Translations under genes and position numbers: made by a program
DNA from: Isurus oxyrinchus
Lineage: Eukaryota
Length of the DNA: 64,000 nucleotides
Direction: 5' to 3'
Assembly (NCBI GenBank): GCA_026770705.1
Contig: JANJGN010000150.1
Span: 806,001-870,000 of the forward strand
Notes under the pieces: generated by a model
Seen by the model: the letters and a program-made list of their open reading frames with translations, nothing else
Database searches by the model: none
Told to the model about the DNA's origin: nothing
Part shown: positions 61,810 through 64,000 of the stretch, one piece after another
Layout: every line of letters starts with the position of its first letter
Numbering within the stretch: the first letter of the stretch is position 1

Positions 61810-64000
61810 TACCCTTGTGAGTGAGTGTGTGTGTGTGTGTACATGTGTGCGTGTGGATTGTTGCATCTTTATTATTAACGTTATTTAAAAATAGTGATCA
61901 CACAAGCCTGGTTTCTAAGGAAATGAAACTGCAAACAATTTACAGTAAAGTGAAACATACAGGAATAATCTATTTATTTTGAGCTGATGATATATAATTA
62001 TACATGAGGCATGTTGCTAATTTCAAATGTCATCTGAAATATGGCAGGTCTGACAGAGCAGCATTCCCTCAGTGCCCACCCTCTGACAGTGCAGCACTCC
62101 CTCAGCATTGACCCTTTGAGAGTGCAGCACTCCTTCAGTATTGACCCTCTGGAAGTGCAGCACTCCCTCAGCACTGACCCTCTGGGAGTGCAGCTCTCCC
62201 TCAGTACCGACCCTCTGGAAGTGCAGCACTCCCTCTGTGCTAACCCTCCAACAGTGCAGCACTCTCTCAGTACTGACCCTCTGACAGTGCAGCACTCCCT
62301 CAGTACTGACCCTCCAACAGTGCAGCACTCCCTCACTGGGAAGAGTCCGTCCGCATTTTAAGCTGAAACCTTGAGACGGTCTCAAAATCCCAACCTTCCA
62401 TCTCAGAGACAGAGAGTGCGTTTATGTGAGAGAGAGAGACAATGTATGTGTGAGAGACTGAGAGTGTGTATGTGTGAGAGAGCAAAAGAGAGGTAGAGTG
62501 TGTGTGCATGAGAGAGGGAGGTAGCTTGTGTGTGTGAGAGAGAGAGTGTGTGTGAGAGAAAGAGAACGTCTGTGAGAGTGTGAGAGAATTTATGTGTGAG
62601 AGAGAAAGATAGAGAGAATGTGCGTGTGAGATAGTGTGTGTGCAAAAGAGAGTGTGTGTCTGTGAGAGAGTGTTTGTGTATGTGAGAGTGTGTGTGTGAG
62701 ATCATGTGTGTGTGTGTGTTTGAGAAAGAGGGTGTGTGTGTTTGAGAGAGGGAGTGTGCGAGAAAAAGTTGGTGTGAGTGTTTGAGGGAGGGGGAGATTG
62801 TGTGTTTGAGACAGGGAGTGAGAGAGAACATGTGTGTGAGAGAGAGAGTGTGTGTGTATGTGTGTGTGTGAAAGAGAAAGTGTTTGTGCAAAACAGTGTG
62901 TGTTTGAGAGTATGTGTGCATGTGTGAGTGTGTGTGTGTGTGTGCTAATGTTTGTGTTTGTGTGTGTGTGAGGGTTTGTGTGTGAGTGAGTTTGTGCGTT
63001 TGTGTGCATGTGTGTGTGCATGTGTGTGCGTGAAAGAGTGTTTGTGCAAAAGAGTGTGTGCTTGAGAGTATGTGTGCATGTGTGAGTGTGTGTGTGTGCT
63101 AGTGTTTGTGTGTGCGTGNNNNNNNNNNNNNNNNNNNNNNNNNNNNNNNNNNNNNNNNNNNNNNNNNNNNNNNNNNNNNNNNNNNNNNNNNNNNNNNNNN
63201 NNNNNNNNNNNNNNNNNNNNNNNNNNNNNNNNNNNNNNNNNNNNNNNNNNNNNNNNNNNNNNNNNNNNNNNNNNNNNNNNNNNNNACAGTTACACACGTT
63301 GCTAGGGACCACTTTTCCGCCTCTCTGTCAGACTGTGTGTATCTGACAGCAGGTCAGGCAGAAATAGTCCAGAATGCGCTGTGGTTTTGTAGCATTGAAA
63401 CAACGACATGAACTAAATGAGTGCTGCACCAAATAAAGACATGGAGTTACCACACCAAAAAACCACGTGACTTCCCCAGTTTCACATCTCCCTCAAACAC
63501 AGAAAAACTGGGTTAACACTGACCCTCCTCCCAGAGCCAGTTCACCTTGTGTCCGATGCAGTCAGGAGAGGAAGATCATCTCTCCTCCGATCCTGCTAAA
63601 CTGAACATTTCCAGAATTAGATCAGCTCCCTGAAGTGTCTCCAGTTAGACATTCATCTGACAGGATTGACTCTACAACCCTGGGGACTCATTCTCCTGTA
63701 AGTAAAACACTTGCTGCTCCTGTCAAATCTCTTCTGTACAGCATGGTCTCTGGATGTCCCAGAACACTTTACAATAGAGTTCACCCTTTTTTCGAAGTGT
63801 GGTTACTGTTGTAATGTAGGAAACGCAGCAGCCAATTAGCGCACAGCAAGCTCCCACAAACAGCAATGTGATCACCTGTTTTTGGTGATGTTGGGTGAGG
63901 GATAAATATTGGTCCCAGGACACCGGGCAGATCTCCCCCCTGCTCTTCCTCCAAATAGTGGCTGTGGGATCTTTCACACCCGCCCGAGAGGGCAGACGGG
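61810..64000. repeat. Right arm of the inverted repeat, running off the window end
   Basis: Reverse complement of 47324-49200. Confidence 0.92.

Noticed and set aside
62403-63411. His/Thr-rich ORFs and ORFs spanning N gaps
   Set aside because: Microsatellite and gap artefacts

Overview
Eukaryotic, repeat-rich vertebrate DNA, most likely a shark or other cartilaginous fish (inferred from Deu-domain SINEs, CR1-clade LINEs and Penelope elements). It has seven short N gaps. The window holds a cluster of Siglec-like (CD33/CD22/MAG-type) immune receptor genes, which I reconstructed exon by exon from splice sites and phases. Gene A (minus, ~19.3-6.3 kb): leader, V-set with the essential Arg, C2, neutral TM, and a tandemly duplicated two-exon cytoplasmic cassette that keeps an ITSM but has a broken ITIM. 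Gene C (minus, ~26.1-22.0 kb): damaged, with a V-set related to gene A and a TM exon missing from the ORF track that encodes an intramembrane Arg and a short tyrosine-free tail, i.e. an activating-type receptor. Gene B (minus, 44.9-30.2 kb): V-set lacking the essential Arg, four C2 domains, TM and a YxN-rich tail. Gene D (plus, 49.9-55.6 kb): a headless C2-C2-C2-TM-ITIM/ITSM unit lying between large inverted repeats. The genes share near-identical exon modules in different combinations. This looks like a paired inhibitory/activating Siglec system diversified by exon shuffling and gene conversion. Also present: a young Penelope-like element with a target-site duplication and minimal hammerhead ribozyme motifs, many LINE fragments and several minisatellites.
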